From: Candidatus Micrarchaeota archaeon
Lineage (GTDB): Archaea > Micrarchaeota > Micrarchaeia > Anstonellales > Bilamarchaeaceae
DNA length: 49,113 nt
Assembly (NCBI GenBank): GCA_043816005.1
Contig: JBDRIM010000073.1
Coordinates: forward strand, 1-49,113
Direction: 5' to 3'
Each line of letters opens with the position of its first letter. Positions within the stretch are counted from its first letter, which is position 1. This document shows positions 29,380 through 39,748 of the stretch, one piece after another. Made by a program: the position numbers and the translations under genes. The notes under the pieces are model-generated. The model saw only the letters and a program-made list of their open reading frames with translations, made no database searches and was not told where the DNA came from.

Positions 29380-30990
29380 TTATAAATTTATAAAATAGAA
29401 CGAAACCAGACTAATTATGGCCAGTCCAATTGAATAAAAACCAATTGCTGATTTCTTACCCTCACTATCTGCTATAGCAATTGCAACGATTGTCGTATAT
29501 ATAACTAAATAAGGTGGCACCAACACATTGCAGTTTATTAGAATAGTGTCTATACCTTCTTTTCCGATTGCTTCACTAACCGTTGCCATAAGGTTAAGTG
29601 CAATTTTAGCAATCATGGGTACAAGAACTGCACCAGCCATCAATGTATATTTTTGTGTTGCCAAAAGCTGGCTTCTCTCCCTCTTTATCTGAATATTTCT
29701 TATCATATCATCAGCAAGATTACTCATTAAATTAAGTGAATTAGTTTCAACCATCTGTTTCATCATGACACATGCACGTCCAAGCATTTTTGATTTATTT
29801 CGTCCAGCAAGATCATCCAAAACAGTTGTTATCCCAATATTCATATTCAATTGTTTCCTTGATTTTGCAGTTTCTTCAGATAATGCTCCAAACTGGGCGT
29901 CTTCAATTGCATGAAAAATCCTATCAAATCTTACTGATTTTGGCATACTACTTACTGTGAAAAGTGCATCTGGCAATTTTTCTTCTATGTCTTCAATGTT
30001 CTTTTCTTTTTTGTAATTTTCCACTGTCAAATACAATCCCATAATGGTACCAATGCAAAAAAATATCAACATAAATTCTGGTAGAAAGACTCCCACTATA
30101 ATCAATATCGGTGGTAATAATAATCTCACGTCAAACCAACTTTCATTTATGAACATCGATCTTGGCATAACCATTTTTGATATCATCAACAGAACGATGC
30201 TTATAGCTGGGAATATTATTAGAAGTGCTATAGTTAATTGTTCTTTAGTAATATCATTTCCAAATCCCATTCTTCCAGTTATCGCATAAACCATGAAGAA
30301 AGTTGGCAAAACTGAACTTGCCATCACAAATAATAAACCAAACATTGAACTTTTGGCGGCATACTCCTTCAGCTTATGTTGTTCCAATGAAATAAGTTCA
30401 TCACCCATCTTTCTTAGGTCTTTTCCAGATCCACCGCTTTCGTAGAGGGTTATCAATTGGGATAAGGCACGTTTTATTCCGACTGAATCAAATGAAATAG
30501 CCAATCCAGCCAATGCTTTTTGCATTGACATCCCACCTTCCACCTGTTTAATTACAATTTTTATCTCTTTTTCTAGAGCACAATGTCCATCAATAGAAAG
30601 AAACATTGCTTTTTGGAAATCTATCCCCATATCAATTAACATTCCAAAATTTCTTAGGAAAAAAGGAAATGCCATTTCAATTTCTGATTTTTTCGTATTC
30701 ATTTCCATAACCGGAAGAATAAAGAAAAAAACTGTGGTGAGTACAAATGTCAATAAACTAAAAATTATTTCTTCAATGAAAATAAAAACAACAACAGAGA
30801 ATACAACTGCGCTAATAATGGCCATGGCATTGTACTGCGCAGGATCTATCTCAGGGTTAAGAAATTTCAATTTTTTATTATGGCTTAATTTGATATTTAC
30901 TCGCGGGAATTGTTTTGTCATGTAACAAAAAAAATCAAACACTAGACTCACCACCATAAAGTTTCGTCTGTATTTCGTTGAAAAAATCAA
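29380..30990 (-). CDS. TadB/TadC-like (T2SS F) membrane platform protein with two domains
   Basis: Two T2SS-F-like repeats (FPFFLR, LPDAL), multi-TM, downstream of ATPase; real start probably 30921-30957. Confidence 0.75.
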   Translation of the reverse strand: MIFSTKYRRNFMVVSLVFDFFCYMTKQFPRVNIKLSHNKKLKFLNPEIDPAQYNAMAIISAVVFSVVVFIFIEEIIFSLLTFVLTTVFFFILPVMEMNTKKSEIEMAFPFFLRNFGMLIDMGIDFQKAMFLSIDGHCALEKEIKIVIKQVEGGMSMQKALAGLAISFDSVGIKRALSQLITLYESGGSGKDLRKMGDELISLEQHKLKEYAAKSSMFGLLFVMASSVLPTFFMVYAITGRMGFGNDITKEQLTIALLIIFPAISIVLLMISKMVMPRSMFINESWFDVRLLLPPILIIVGVFLPEFMLIFFCIGTIMGLYLTVENYKKEKNIEDIEEKLPDALFTVSSMPKSVRFDRIFHAIEDAQFGALSEETAKSRKQLNMNIGITTVLDDLAGRNKSKMLGRACVMMKQMVETNSLNLMSNLADDMIRNIQIKRERSQLLATQKYTLMAGAVLVPMIAKIALNLMATVSEAIGKEGIDTILINCNVLVPPYLVIYTTIVAIAIADSEGKKSAIGFYSIGLAIISLVSFYFINL

Positions 30991-32281
30991 GATGATCTAC
31001 ACTTGCATCTGAAATCATTGTTTTACGTTTTTTTATTTCATCAAGGATTTGGTCTCTTTTCAATCCAAAATTTTCAGCTATTTTATCCATTAAACCACAT
31101 TTTTCTATTTCGAACTTCCCATTCGCATAGAATACATTCGCCTGTTTTTCACCCCCTACAAATTCGGCTATTTCAGTAATTTTTCTTACCTCTTTACATT
31201 CTCTTTTTTTACTATTATACTCCATCATTCTTCTCTGTACTATAATACAATCAATAGATCCAAGATCATCGTTTCTTATTCCAAATCCACATAATCGTGA
31301 AAGCGCTTCGTTAGCACTCTGTGCATGAAATGTCGCATAGCTACCTCTTGCCTGGCCCGCCAACAAAACATCAAATAATGCCTCACTTTCTTCTTTGTTT
31401 CTTACTTCTCCAACTATCATTCTATCAGGACGCATTCGCAGTGAGTCATAAACCAAGTCTTTAAGTCCAATTCCAAGTTCTTTATTTGCAACCAATCTCA
31501 ACTGGTGTTTGTGTGGTATGTTTATTTCTGGAGTCTCTTCTGTTATGATGATTCTTTCGGTTGCTGGGACAAATGAGAAAAGTGCATTCATCGTAGTGGT
31601 TTTCCCACTTGCAGTGTTTCCTGCTACCAGTAAGGAAAAATCACACTGCATAATCATGGACAAGAGTGCCATTACTTCTGTTGTGAGTAAATTCGAACAG
31701 AGTTCTTTTGGCGAAAACGGTCGTTGACGAAATTTTCTTATTGTTATTTCTCCATCTGATATTGGTGGGAGAGATGCATGGAGTCTAGACCCATTTGGTA
31801 AAATGGCATCCAGTCGTGGATTTTGCATGGTTATATGACGGCCAAGTACTCTTGCCATCTTATTGATCAGTTCCCCTATTGCAGCGTCTGTTTCAAAAGT
31901 AGCATTTACTTTTTTCCAACCTGTTTTTCTTATATAAACATAAGCTGGTTTATTTGGACCAACAATGCTTATCTCTTCAATTTCGTTATCATTGATTAAC
32001 GGTTCAAGAAAACCAAAACCATAAATATGCATGAACGCTATTTTGCATAAGTACTCAATCTGCGTATTATTCAGATAAAACCCATTCTGACTTGCGCAAT
32101 ATTTTACTGCATCACTTATAATTTTTCTACATTCTTCTTCTGTTTCTGCACTACTCACTCTTGCAATTTCCTTAATTCTCTCCTGCACAGATAAAATCAG
32201 TTCTTTTTCACCAACACTAAGTTCTGGTATATCAAGTTTATGTTCTCCTTGGCTTAGAATTCGCCAGCCTAGCATATTCAT
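30935..32281 (-). CDS. CpaF/TadA/VirB11-family secretion ATPase
   Basis: GNTASGKTT, EETPE, LRMRPDRMIVGEVR, ATFHA. Confidence 0.93.
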   Translation of the reverse strand: MNMLGWRILSQGEHKLDIPELSVGEKELILSVQERIKEIARVSSAETEEECRKIISDAVKYCASQNGFYLNNTQIEYLCKIAFMHIYGFGFLEPLINDNEIEEISIVGPNKPAYVYIRKTGWKKVNATFETDAAIGELINKMARVLGRHITMQNPRLDAILPNGSRLHASLPPISDGEITIRKFRQRPFSPKELCSNLLTTEVMALLSMIMQCDFSLLVAGNTASGKTTTMNALFSFVPATERIIITEETPEINIPHKHQLRLVANKELGIGLKDLVYDSLRMRPDRMIVGEVRNKEESEALFDVLLAGQARGSYATFHAQSANEALSRLCGFGIRNDDLGSIDCIIVQRRMMEYNSKKRECKEVRKITEIAEFVGGEKQANVFYANGKFEIEKCGLMDKIAENFGLKRDQILDEIKKRKTMISDASVDHLDFFNEIQTKLYGGESSV

Positions 32282-32336
32282 CCCCCACTTTCTTTCGCAG
32301 GAGGTTTTTATAATGTTTTCCGAATAACTTTTTGCT

Positions 32337-32996
32337 ATGACTGTTTCTGTTTTACTTCCAACATTAAATGAAGAAACAAATATTATCCATACAATAAAAG
32401 AAGTACGTCAGGTACTACCAAATGCGGAAATAGTCGTTATAGATGGTCTTAGCACTGACAAGACAGTTGAGCTTGCCAAATCTATGGGCGTAAAAATTTT
32501 ACTTGAAAAAAGAAATGGTAAAGGTTTCGCTATCAAAAAAGCATTTGAAGAAGTCGAATCTGACCATATACTTATGATAGATGCAGATCTAACCTACCCT
32601 GTAAAAGACATGCCAAAATTCCTCAAAGCACTTGAAAAATATGATGTGGTAATGGGCTCACGTTTTAAAGGTCATTTCGAAGACGGTTCAATGCCTCTTG
32701 TAAATGGTTTTGGCAACCGTGTTATTTGTGTAGTTGCATCTGTTCTTTATCTTAAACCAGTAAGTGATGTTTGTACTGGGATGTGGGGGTTCAGGAAAAA
32801 AGCATATAAAAGTATGAAAATATCTGCTCACACTTTTGAATTAGAATGTAATATGTTTGCTCAGGCGGTTAAAAAAGGTTTTAATATATCCGAAATACCA
32901 ATAACCTATTCAAGACGAGGTGGGGAATCAAAAGTTCGACTTATAGATGGTGTAAAAGACTGTGTCCTTCTTTTGCGGGAACGTTTTACAGACTGA
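32337..32996 (+). CDS. GT2 glycosyltransferase (polyprenol-phosphate glycosyltransferase-like)
   Basis: PTLNEE, DGLSTD, GKG, DADLTY, GSRF. Confidence 0.92.
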   Translation: MTVSVLLPTLNEETNIIHTIKEVRQVLPNAEIVVIDGLSTDKTVELAKSMGVKILLEKRNGKGFAIKKAFEEVESDHILMIDADLTYPVKDMPKFLKALEKYDVVMGSRFKGHFEDGSMPLVNGFGNRVICVVASVLYLKPVSDVCTGMWGFRKKAYKSMKISAHTFELECNMFAQAVKKGFNISEIPITYSRRGGESKVRLIDGVKDCVLLLRERFTD

Positions 32997-33027
32997 TTTT
33001 TAAACATAAAATCCCTAATAAACTACG

Positions 33028-33600
33028 ATGAATTATCTTGTTTTATTAGATCGTGATGGAACGATAAATACGCATGTTGGTTTAGTTACAAAACCAGAAC
33101 AATTAGTTTTGTTGCCAAATGCTGCCAAGGCGATCAAACTTCTCAATGATCACAATATTTTTGTGGCAATCATAACCAACCAATCAATAGTTGCACGAAA
33201 TCTATGTACTGAAGCAGAAGCAGAAGCGATTAATCAACACCTCGTGGATATGCTTGCAAAATATGGTGCAAAAATCGATGCAATCTATTACTGTCCTCAT
33301 CATCCAGAAAAAAACCATCCAGAAGCCAACAGTTCGTTTTATCGGATAAATTGTGATTGTAGAAAACCAAAGCCAGGTATGCTTGTAAAAGCTGCAAAAC
33401 ATTTTCGTATTGCACCAGAAAACTGCTTTATGGTGGGTGATAGTACGAGGGATATGCTTGCAGGTAAAAATTTTGGTTGCAAAACAATTCTTCTAAGAAC
33501 TGGAGAAGGTGGTAAGGATGGCAAATATCATGTTCTGCCTGATTACACTTCTGATAACCTCTACGAAGCTGCTAAGCTTATTGTGAATTTAATTAAGTGA
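33028..33600 (+). CDS. gmhB: D,D-heptose 1,7-bisphosphate phosphatase
   Basis: DRDGTIN, TNQS, CPHHP, CDCRKPKPG, VGDS. Confidence 0.9.
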   Translation: MNYLVLLDRDGTINTHVGLVTKPEQLVLLPNAAKAIKLLNDHNIFVAIITNQSIVARNLCTEAEAEAINQHLVDMLAKYGAKIDAIYYCPHHPEKNHPEANSSFYRINCDCRKPKPGMLVKAAKHFRIAPENCFMVGDSTRDMLAGKNFGCKTILLRTGEGGKDGKYHVLPDYTSDNLYEAAKLIVNLIK

Positions 33601-33604
33601 TCGT

Positions 33605-34309
33605 ATGAAATGTGTTATTCTTGTGGGTGGGTTAGGCAAGCGCCTTGGTGAAATTTCCAACATCATCCCAAAACCCATGGTTGAGATTGATGGAAAACCG
33701 TTACTCGAAAGAACTATTCTTCATCTAAAACAGTTCGGTATTTTAAAATTCATTCTCTGTGCCGGCCATCTTGCAAATAGCATACAATCTCATTTTGGTG
33801 ACGGTAGTACATTCGGAGTTAATATCTCCTATGCCATTGAAAAAGATCTTCTTGGTACTGGTGGTGCATTGAAAAATGCAGAAAAATTAGTGGGAAAGGA
33901 GCCGTTTATCCTTCTATATGGTGATCTTGTCATTAATATGGATCTTCGTAAATTTATTCAGTTTCATGAAAAAAAAGGCGGGATGGGTACTTTAGTCGTT
34001 CATCCAAGTGAACATCCATACGATTCAGATATGCTTGAAATCAATAACAATCAACAAATAATTAAATTTCTTGGAAAACCAACTCCTGGACAAAAATTTA
34101 AGAACATTGGTAATGCGGGTGTTTATTGCTTCGAACCGTCTATTTTTAATTATCTTTCTGATGGTAAATCTATGCTTGACAAAGAAGTAATTCCGATGGT
34201 TATAACTAAAGGTGAAAGGCTTTACGCTTATGTTACCAATGAACAAGTTTTTGACATCGGAACTCCAGGCAGGCTTGGAAAAGCCAGAACCAAAAAGGGG
34301 TCATTATGA
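33605..34309 (+). CDS. Sugar-1-phosphate nucleotidyltransferase (HddC-like)
   Basis: GGLGKRL, PKPMV, LGTGGAL, DIGTP; located in heptose cluster. Confidence 0.85.
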   Translation: MKCVILVGGLGKRLGEISNIIPKPMVEIDGKPLLERTILHLKQFGILKFILCAGHLANSIQSHFGDGSTFGVNISYAIEKDLLGTGGALKNAEKLVGKEPFILLYGDLVINMDLRKFIQFHEKKGGMGTLVVHPSEHPYDSDMLEINNNQQIIKFLGKPTPGQKFKNIGNAGVYCFEPSIFNYLSDGKSMLDKEVIPMVITKGERLYAYVTNEQVFDIGTPGRLGKARTKKGSL

Positions 34310-34854
34310 TTAAATCTTATTGTTCTAATCTCAAACTTGCAATTGATTTGATTGAAGAATCGGATGTCGTCCGGTTAGCAGATCTTCTCATCAAAGCAAG
34401 AGATGAAGGTCATTTCGTATATGTCTTTGGTAATGGCGATAGCGCTAATAATGCAACTCATTTCGCAGCAGATCTTTCCAAAGGTATTATCCTTCCAGGA
34501 AAAAAACATCTCAAAATTTTCTCTTTAAATTTAAATGTCCCACTCATGACTGCATGGGCAAATGATATATCTTATGAAAATATCTTCAAAGAACAACTGG
34601 TTGATTTACTTAAACCAGGGGACATAGTAATTGCACTAAGCGGCAGTGGTAATTCACCAAATGTGCTTTCTGCTATTGAATATGCAAATGGTGTCGGGGC
34701 AATAACTGTTGGAATTTCAGCCATGGGTGGCGGAAAACTAACTAAACTAACTAAACATTCTATTATCGCAAAAACAGATAATATGGAAATCGCAGAAGAC
34801 ATACATTGGATCATCGGTCATTTAGTTAAGATTTCGATTCTAAGTAAAAAGTGA
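34306..34854 (+). CDS. gmhA: Phosphoheptose isomerase (SIS domain)
   Basis: FGNGDSA, TAWAND, SGSGNSPNV, EDIH. Confidence 0.85.
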   Translation: MIKSYCSNLKLAIDLIEESDVVRLADLLIKARDEGHFVYVFGNGDSANNATHFAADLSKGIILPGKKHLKIFSLNLNVPLMTAWANDISYENIFKEQLVDLLKPGDIVIALSGSGNSPNVLSAIEYANGVGAITVGISAMGGGKLTKLTKHSIIAKTDNMEIAEDIHWIIGHLVKISILSKK

Positions 34855-34858
34855 TTCT

Positions 34859-35845
34859 ATGCTTACATCCAAAAGCCCGTTACGTATTTCATTTTTCGGT
34901 GGCGGAACTGATTTTCACGATTACTACAAATATGATTATGGTTGTGTTTTGTCAACTACTATTGACAAATATGTCTACATCATGGTTAATAGAAAATTCG
35001 ACGAGCGTATTCAACTTAATTATCGACTTACGGAAATTGTTGATACTGTTGATGAAATCCTTCATCCAACTATTCGTGAATCTATGCGTTTTACTGGAGT
35101 TACAAAAGCAATAGAATTAAGTGTACAAGCAGATTTTCCTTCTCATGGGACTGGCCTTGGTTCATCAAGCTCTTTTCTCGTTGGCCTGATTAATGCACTT
35201 TCTACTCTGAATGGAAAAAAACCAACCTCAGAAGAACTTGCTAAGGCTGCATGTCAAATCGAAATTGAAATCCTTAAGGAGCCAATAGGTAAACAGGACC
35301 AATATATCTCTGCATATGGTGGGTTTAATTTCATTAAATTTAACAAAGATGACAGTGTTACTGTGGAACCAGTAAAAGCCAAACCAGAAACTTTGATTTC
35401 ACTAAACAAAAAACTCCTTTTCTTTTACACTGGTATCGGAAGAAGCGCCAGTAGAGTTCTCAAGGAACAAAAAGAAACCATTGAAAAGAAAATCGAGTAT
35501 TTTAATCGTCTAAGAGACTTGGCAGTTAGTGCGAAATCCAAACTCGAAAAAGGAGATCTTGATTCATTCGGTGAAATGCTTGACGAATCCTGGCAAATAA
35601 AAAAGACATTTGCTTCAGGTATCTCAAGCGATACACTCGACAATTATTACAAACTTGCAATGGCTGCAGGTGCAAAAGGCGGCAAAATTCTCGGTGCTGG
35701 TGGGGGAGGATTCTTTATGTTCTTTTGCGATGAACACAAACAAGATGCAGTACGTAAAGCACTAACTCCTATGCGTGAAGTTAAGTTTAGTTTCCCAAGC
35801 GAAGGTTCCAAGATAGTTTTCAATGATCGTGATAGTTATGTTTAA
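34859..35845 (+). CDS. hddA: D-glycero-alpha-D-manno-heptose 7-phosphate kinase (GHMP)
   Basis: PLRISFFGGGTD, GTGLGSSS, GKQDQY, GAGGGG. Confidence 0.88.
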   Translation: MLTSKSPLRISFFGGGTDFHDYYKYDYGCVLSTTIDKYVYIMVNRKFDERIQLNYRLTEIVDTVDEILHPTIRESMRFTGVTKAIELSVQADFPSHGTGLGSSSSFLVGLINALSTLNGKKPTSEELAKAACQIEIEILKEPIGKQDQYISAYGGFNFIKFNKDDSVTVEPVKAKPETLISLNKKLLFFYTGIGRSASRVLKEQKETIEKKIEYFNRLRDLAVSAKSKLEKGDLDSFGEMLDESWQIKKTFASGISSDTLDNYYKLAMAAGAKGGKILGAGGGGFFMFFCDEHKQDAVRKALTPMREVKFSFPSEGSKIVFNDRDSYV

Positions 35846-36791
35846 AGATAAAAATGTCTTAGTCACTGGCGGTGCAGGTTTTATCGGTTCTCACGTGGTA
35901 GATGAACTACTTTCACAAGGTGCATTTGTAACTGTTGTAGATAATATGAGTACTGGCCAACCCCAAATAGTTCAGCTTCACAGCAAAAATAAAAATTACA
36001 ATTTCTTGGAAATCGATCTTCTTAATCGTAAACAACTTATCGAATCAACTAAAGGTGTGGATTTTGTGTTTCATCTTGCTGCCAATGCAGATATCCGTGG
36101 TGGAGTAAAAAATAGCAGCATAGATCTTGAACAAAATGTGATAGCCACTCACAATGTTTTGGAAGCAATGCGGATAAATGAAGTAAAAGGTCTTGCTTTT
36201 AGTTCATCTGCCGCAGTCTATGGTACACAGAACACATTTCCAACATTGGAAGATGCCCCGAAGATCCAAACCTCTCTTTATGGTGCGTCTAAATTATCTT
36301 GTGAGGCGTTTATAGAAGCATATTCCTTGTACTATGGAATTACAAGTTCGATTTATCGATTTGTATCAGTTGTTGGTGAGCGATATCCACATGGAGTGGT
36401 AATAGATTTCTACCGTAAGCTTAAGAAAAATCCACACGAATTGGAAATTTTAGGTGATGGGAAGCAGAAAAAATCATTCATGTATGTGAAAGATTGCGTC
36501 GCTGGTATAATGGCGGGAATTAAAGGAACAAATTCAGGTTCAGATGTTTTTAATCTTGGTCAAAATTACACAATAACAGTAAATGAAGTGGCTGATATTA
36601 TAACCAAAGAGATGAAACTTGAAAATGTCAAATATTGCTATACTGGGGGTAATGTGGGATGGCTTGGCGATCAGCCGGTTGTTCTTTTATCTACTAATAA
36701 GATTGTATCTAAATCTTGGAAACCAATCATATCTATTGAAGATGGATTGAAAAAAACAATAAATTACTTACTTCATTCTAATATATCTTAA
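35838..36791 (+). CDS. NAD-dependent sugar epimerase/dehydratase
   Basis: GGAGFIG, SSSAAVYG, YGASK. Confidence 0.92.
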   Translation: MFKDKNVLVTGGAGFIGSHVVDELLSQGAFVTVVDNMSTGQPQIVQLHSKNKNYNFLEIDLLNRKQLIESTKGVDFVFHLAANADIRGGVKNSSIDLEQNVIATHNVLEAMRINEVKGLAFSSSAAVYGTQNTFPTLEDAPKIQTSLYGASKLSCEAFIEAYSLYYGITSSIYRFVSVVGERYPHGVVIDFYRKLKKNPHELEILGDGKQKKSFMYVKDCVAGIMAGIKGTNSGSDVFNLGQNYTITVNEVADIITKEMKLENVKYCYTGGNVGWLGDQPVVLLSTNKIVSKSWKPIISIEDGLKKTINYLLHSNIS

Positions 36792-38607
36792 AAACCAAAA
36801 ACGCATTATTTGAAAGCTGTTGTTGGAATTCAAATCCGTTATTTTCTTCCATTTTATCTAGCTTTGTAATTACAAATTCATTAGTTGTATATTCAAGACA
36901 ACTTCCATCGATCACTGCATAACTATAATTGTATTTTTTCAAAAACATGTAATTTTCTTCTACACTATCATTAATGCTGATTTTCTTATAGTCAGTTACT
37001 TCTTTGATCCATGGGTACCCATACAAATCAAATCCATTTACAAAATCCTCATTTCCACAAAAATTAAATACTTTAGTATGTTTTGGTAATACTTTGTTTA
37101 GATTAACATATCCGGCTAATTGTTCCTGGGTAACCCAGGACACCCCCGGTGGCCACATGGAAGTTTCAACTGTAAGTTTTGCATCTGCTGAGTATAGAGC
37201 AACTGTACCAACAATAAATATCATCGTAAGATAAACCAGACTTTTTCCTCTTTTTACTGCATATTCCAGAAGCTTACTTGCTCCAAAACCAGCGGCTATT
37301 GCTACTGTAACTGCAAGGAAAACCCAAAACCTATGTGGCACCAATTTCACTGGAAGTGCATTTCCTTCAGTTCCAATAAAACCATAAACCACCCATAAAA
37401 TTATTAAAATAGATAATTCCTTATGTTTCTCATTTTTTAATGATATTAAAGCAAAAATAATTCCAATCACTAGCAATACTGATATTCCTATACCTAAACC
37501 AACTGGCTGATCCATTTTTGATGTTTTTGGAGCGTCGATAAAATCCATCAATCCATAAATTAATCCCCCACCAGTATCCCCGTATTTATCAGTAATCATT
37601 GCCTGACTAAAACTATTTTGCTCCAGTACTTTATCAGTAGGGTACATGATAAACATCGGTCCCCAGAATTCAACTATTGCTAATAAAAGTGCCAATCCGC
37701 CAATAATAACTGTTTCTTTTGTAATTTTTATTTCGAATTTTTTTGTTTCTAAGAAACTAGCAACTATCTGGGCAAGTACATATACGCCCAAAAATCCACC
37801 AAACATTACTGCAGTTGATGGTTGTGTAACAAGAACCCCGGCAGTTGCAAATACACCAAGAATCATAGTTTCCTTTTGTTTATTTTGTCTGTATTTATCG
37901 ATGAAGTAGAGGGACGGGAATACTAAAATCATAGCTAGAGTCTGTGCCCATATAAAATGACTCATAAAACAAGGGATGGCAGTAAGTATGAACGCAGCCC
38001 AGATTGCAACACTTCCCCCGAATTTTTCTTTTGCCCATAAATAAAAAAATGGTATTGCCAGACTTACTAATAGTGCATTGAAGAATTTTAATACAAATTG
38101 TACTGAATTTCCATCTGCTTGGAATATCGTCCCCATAATCATATCATACGAGGGCGGGTATGGTGCAAGATAATGGATTGGAAGATGGTCTGGTTGAATG
38201 AACGTTCCAGTTTCAGCAATATATCTAACTGCTGTTGCATGAGCCCAAGGGTCATCATCTTCAAGCCAAGGATAGATAAATGCCCCCTGCAGGTAAACTG
38301 CAAAATGAATAAAGAACAAAACAAAAACAATTGCCCATCTTCTATCTACTTTTGGCATTACTATCTTTATCTTATTTCTTGTAATCACTATTACTAGAAG
38401 AATACACGTTATCACTAAATAAATCAACCAATTTGATAGGTGGAAAAAACCCAAAACAAGAGAAAGCTGTATAAACGACACAAGACCAACTGCGATATAC
38501 ATAAAAAATTTGGTTATGTCATCTTTTTCTTCTAACTTAAATAGTTTCCACACTGAGAACCCAAGTCCAAGCATTACAAAAAGAAAATACAATATTCCCT
38601 CAATCAT
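36778..38607 (-). CDS. Multi-TM GT-C-fold glycosyltransferase-like protein
   Basis: More than 12 TM; EDDDPWAH and YPP in the first external loop; HRF motif. Confidence 0.7.
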   Translation of the reverse strand: MIEGILYFLFVMLGLGFSVWKLFKLEEKDDITKFFMYIAVGLVSFIQLSLVLGFFHLSNWLIYLVITCILLVIVITRNKIKIVMPKVDRRWAIVFVLFFIHFAVYLQGAFIYPWLEDDDPWAHATAVRYIAETGTFIQPDHLPIHYLAPYPPSYDMIMGTIFQADGNSVQFVLKFFNALLVSLAIPFFYLWAKEKFGGSVAIWAAFILTAIPCFMSHFIWAQTLAMILVFPSLYFIDKYRQNKQKETMILGVFATAGVLVTQPSTAVMFGGFLGVYVLAQIVASFLETKKFEIKITKETVIIGGLALLLAIVEFWGPMFIMYPTDKVLEQNSFSQAMITDKYGDTGGGLIYGLMDFIDAPKTSKMDQPVGLGIGISVLLVIGIIFALISLKNEKHKELSILIILWVVYGFIGTEGNALPVKLVPHRFWVFLAVTVAIAAGFGASKLLEYAVKRGKSLVYLTMIFIVGTVALYSADAKLTVETSMWPPGVSWVTQEQLAGYVNLNKVLPKHTKVFNFCGNEDFVNGFDLYGYPWIKEVTDYKKISINDSVEENYMFLKKYNYSYAVIDGSCLEYTTNEFVITKLDKMEENNGFEFQQQLSNNAFLVFKIY

Positions 38608-38665
38608 ATTTTTACTTCTAACTAGTTCCGTTTAAAATTCATTAAGTTCTAATAGATTTGGTCCT

Positions 38666-39670
38666 ATGAATCAAAAAACAAAGTTATTTCTTAATCTTAT
38701 ACTGTCATTTGTTGTGTTTTTCATCATAATCTACGTGACAGGTATAGATAAAATCCTTGAAGTGCTTGCCACTGTCAAACTCGAATTCGTCCTACTTGCT
38801 TTGTTAGTATATGTGTTAGTGAACTTACTCATGTCTACGAGAATAAAAATCGTTTTGGATAGTTTTGGTGATAAACTCACATCAAGTCAAATTTTTCCTT
38901 CAAACCTTGCAGGTATGCTTGCATCAGATTTTACTCCTGCACGTATTGGCTATTTTTTTACTGCATTTTCTTTATCTTCTAGATTCAAACTCCCACTAGA
39001 AAAGACAATGATTGCGATTTTTGGACCCCAGCTTTTTGATTTTTTGATAAAAGTTACCTCTGCATCAATCTTGTTCGTATTTTTAGTTGATAAGCTTGGC
39101 GCCGGAAATATCTTAGTTAATATTGTTGTTTTGTTATTTGTTCTAATTGGCGTTATCGGAGCTGGTTTGGCAGTGTTCTATCCCCCATTTTTGAATTATT
39201 TTAAATTTTTCGAGAAATTTCCTTTTGTGCCAACTATATTTGCGTTTCTTAGGAAGATGCATCTTCACTCAGAAAAGGTTTTATCTGTAAAATGGCCAGT
39301 CATCGGAGTAACCTTCCTTTCCTGGTTTTTTAAGAGCTTGGAATGGTTTATTCTTGCTAAAGCTCTCAGCATCTCTATATTCGATGATCTCCTACTAGAT
39401 CTTGGCTTTATGATGATTTTCCAAGCTGCAATAACAATAATTCATTTTCTTCCAATCCCAACCTTGGCTGGAGCCGGAGCAAGCGAGGCAGGATTTGCAG
39501 CAATATTAGTTGTTTTCGGTATACCACTAGCTACTAGCATCACATTTGGTTTCCTTACACGATTTATTATGATTGCAGTCGACATATTCTCATTACCCGT
39601 ACTAACTGGTTATCTACAAACACACAATTTGGAAAAATCACTCGGCACACTAACAAAATTCAAGCACTGA
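38666..39670 (+). CDS. Flippase-like protein (lysylphosphatidylglycerol synthase TM family)
   Basis: FTPARIG, PIPTLAGAGASEAG, multi-TM. Confidence 0.82.
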   Translation: MNQKTKLFLNLILSFVVFFIIIYVTGIDKILEVLATVKLEFVLLALLVYVLVNLLMSTRIKIVLDSFGDKLTSSQIFPSNLAGMLASDFTPARIGYFFTAFSLSSRFKLPLEKTMIAIFGPQLFDFLIKVTSASILFVFLVDKLGAGNILVNIVVLLFVLIGVIGAGLAVFYPPFLNYFKFFEKFPFVPTIFAFLRKMHLHSEKVLSVKWPVIGVTFLSWFFKSLEWFILAKALSISIFDDLLLDLGFMMIFQAAITIIHFLPIPTLAGAGASEAGFAAILVVFGIPLATSITFGFLTRFIMIAVDIFSLPVLTGYLQTHNLEKSLGTLTKFKH

Positions 39671-39748
39671 TATTGTTGTTATTTCTCTTAAAAACCATTC
39701 AATTCCACAAACGACTATTTTTTATTCTAATCTCCACCATTTTATTCT

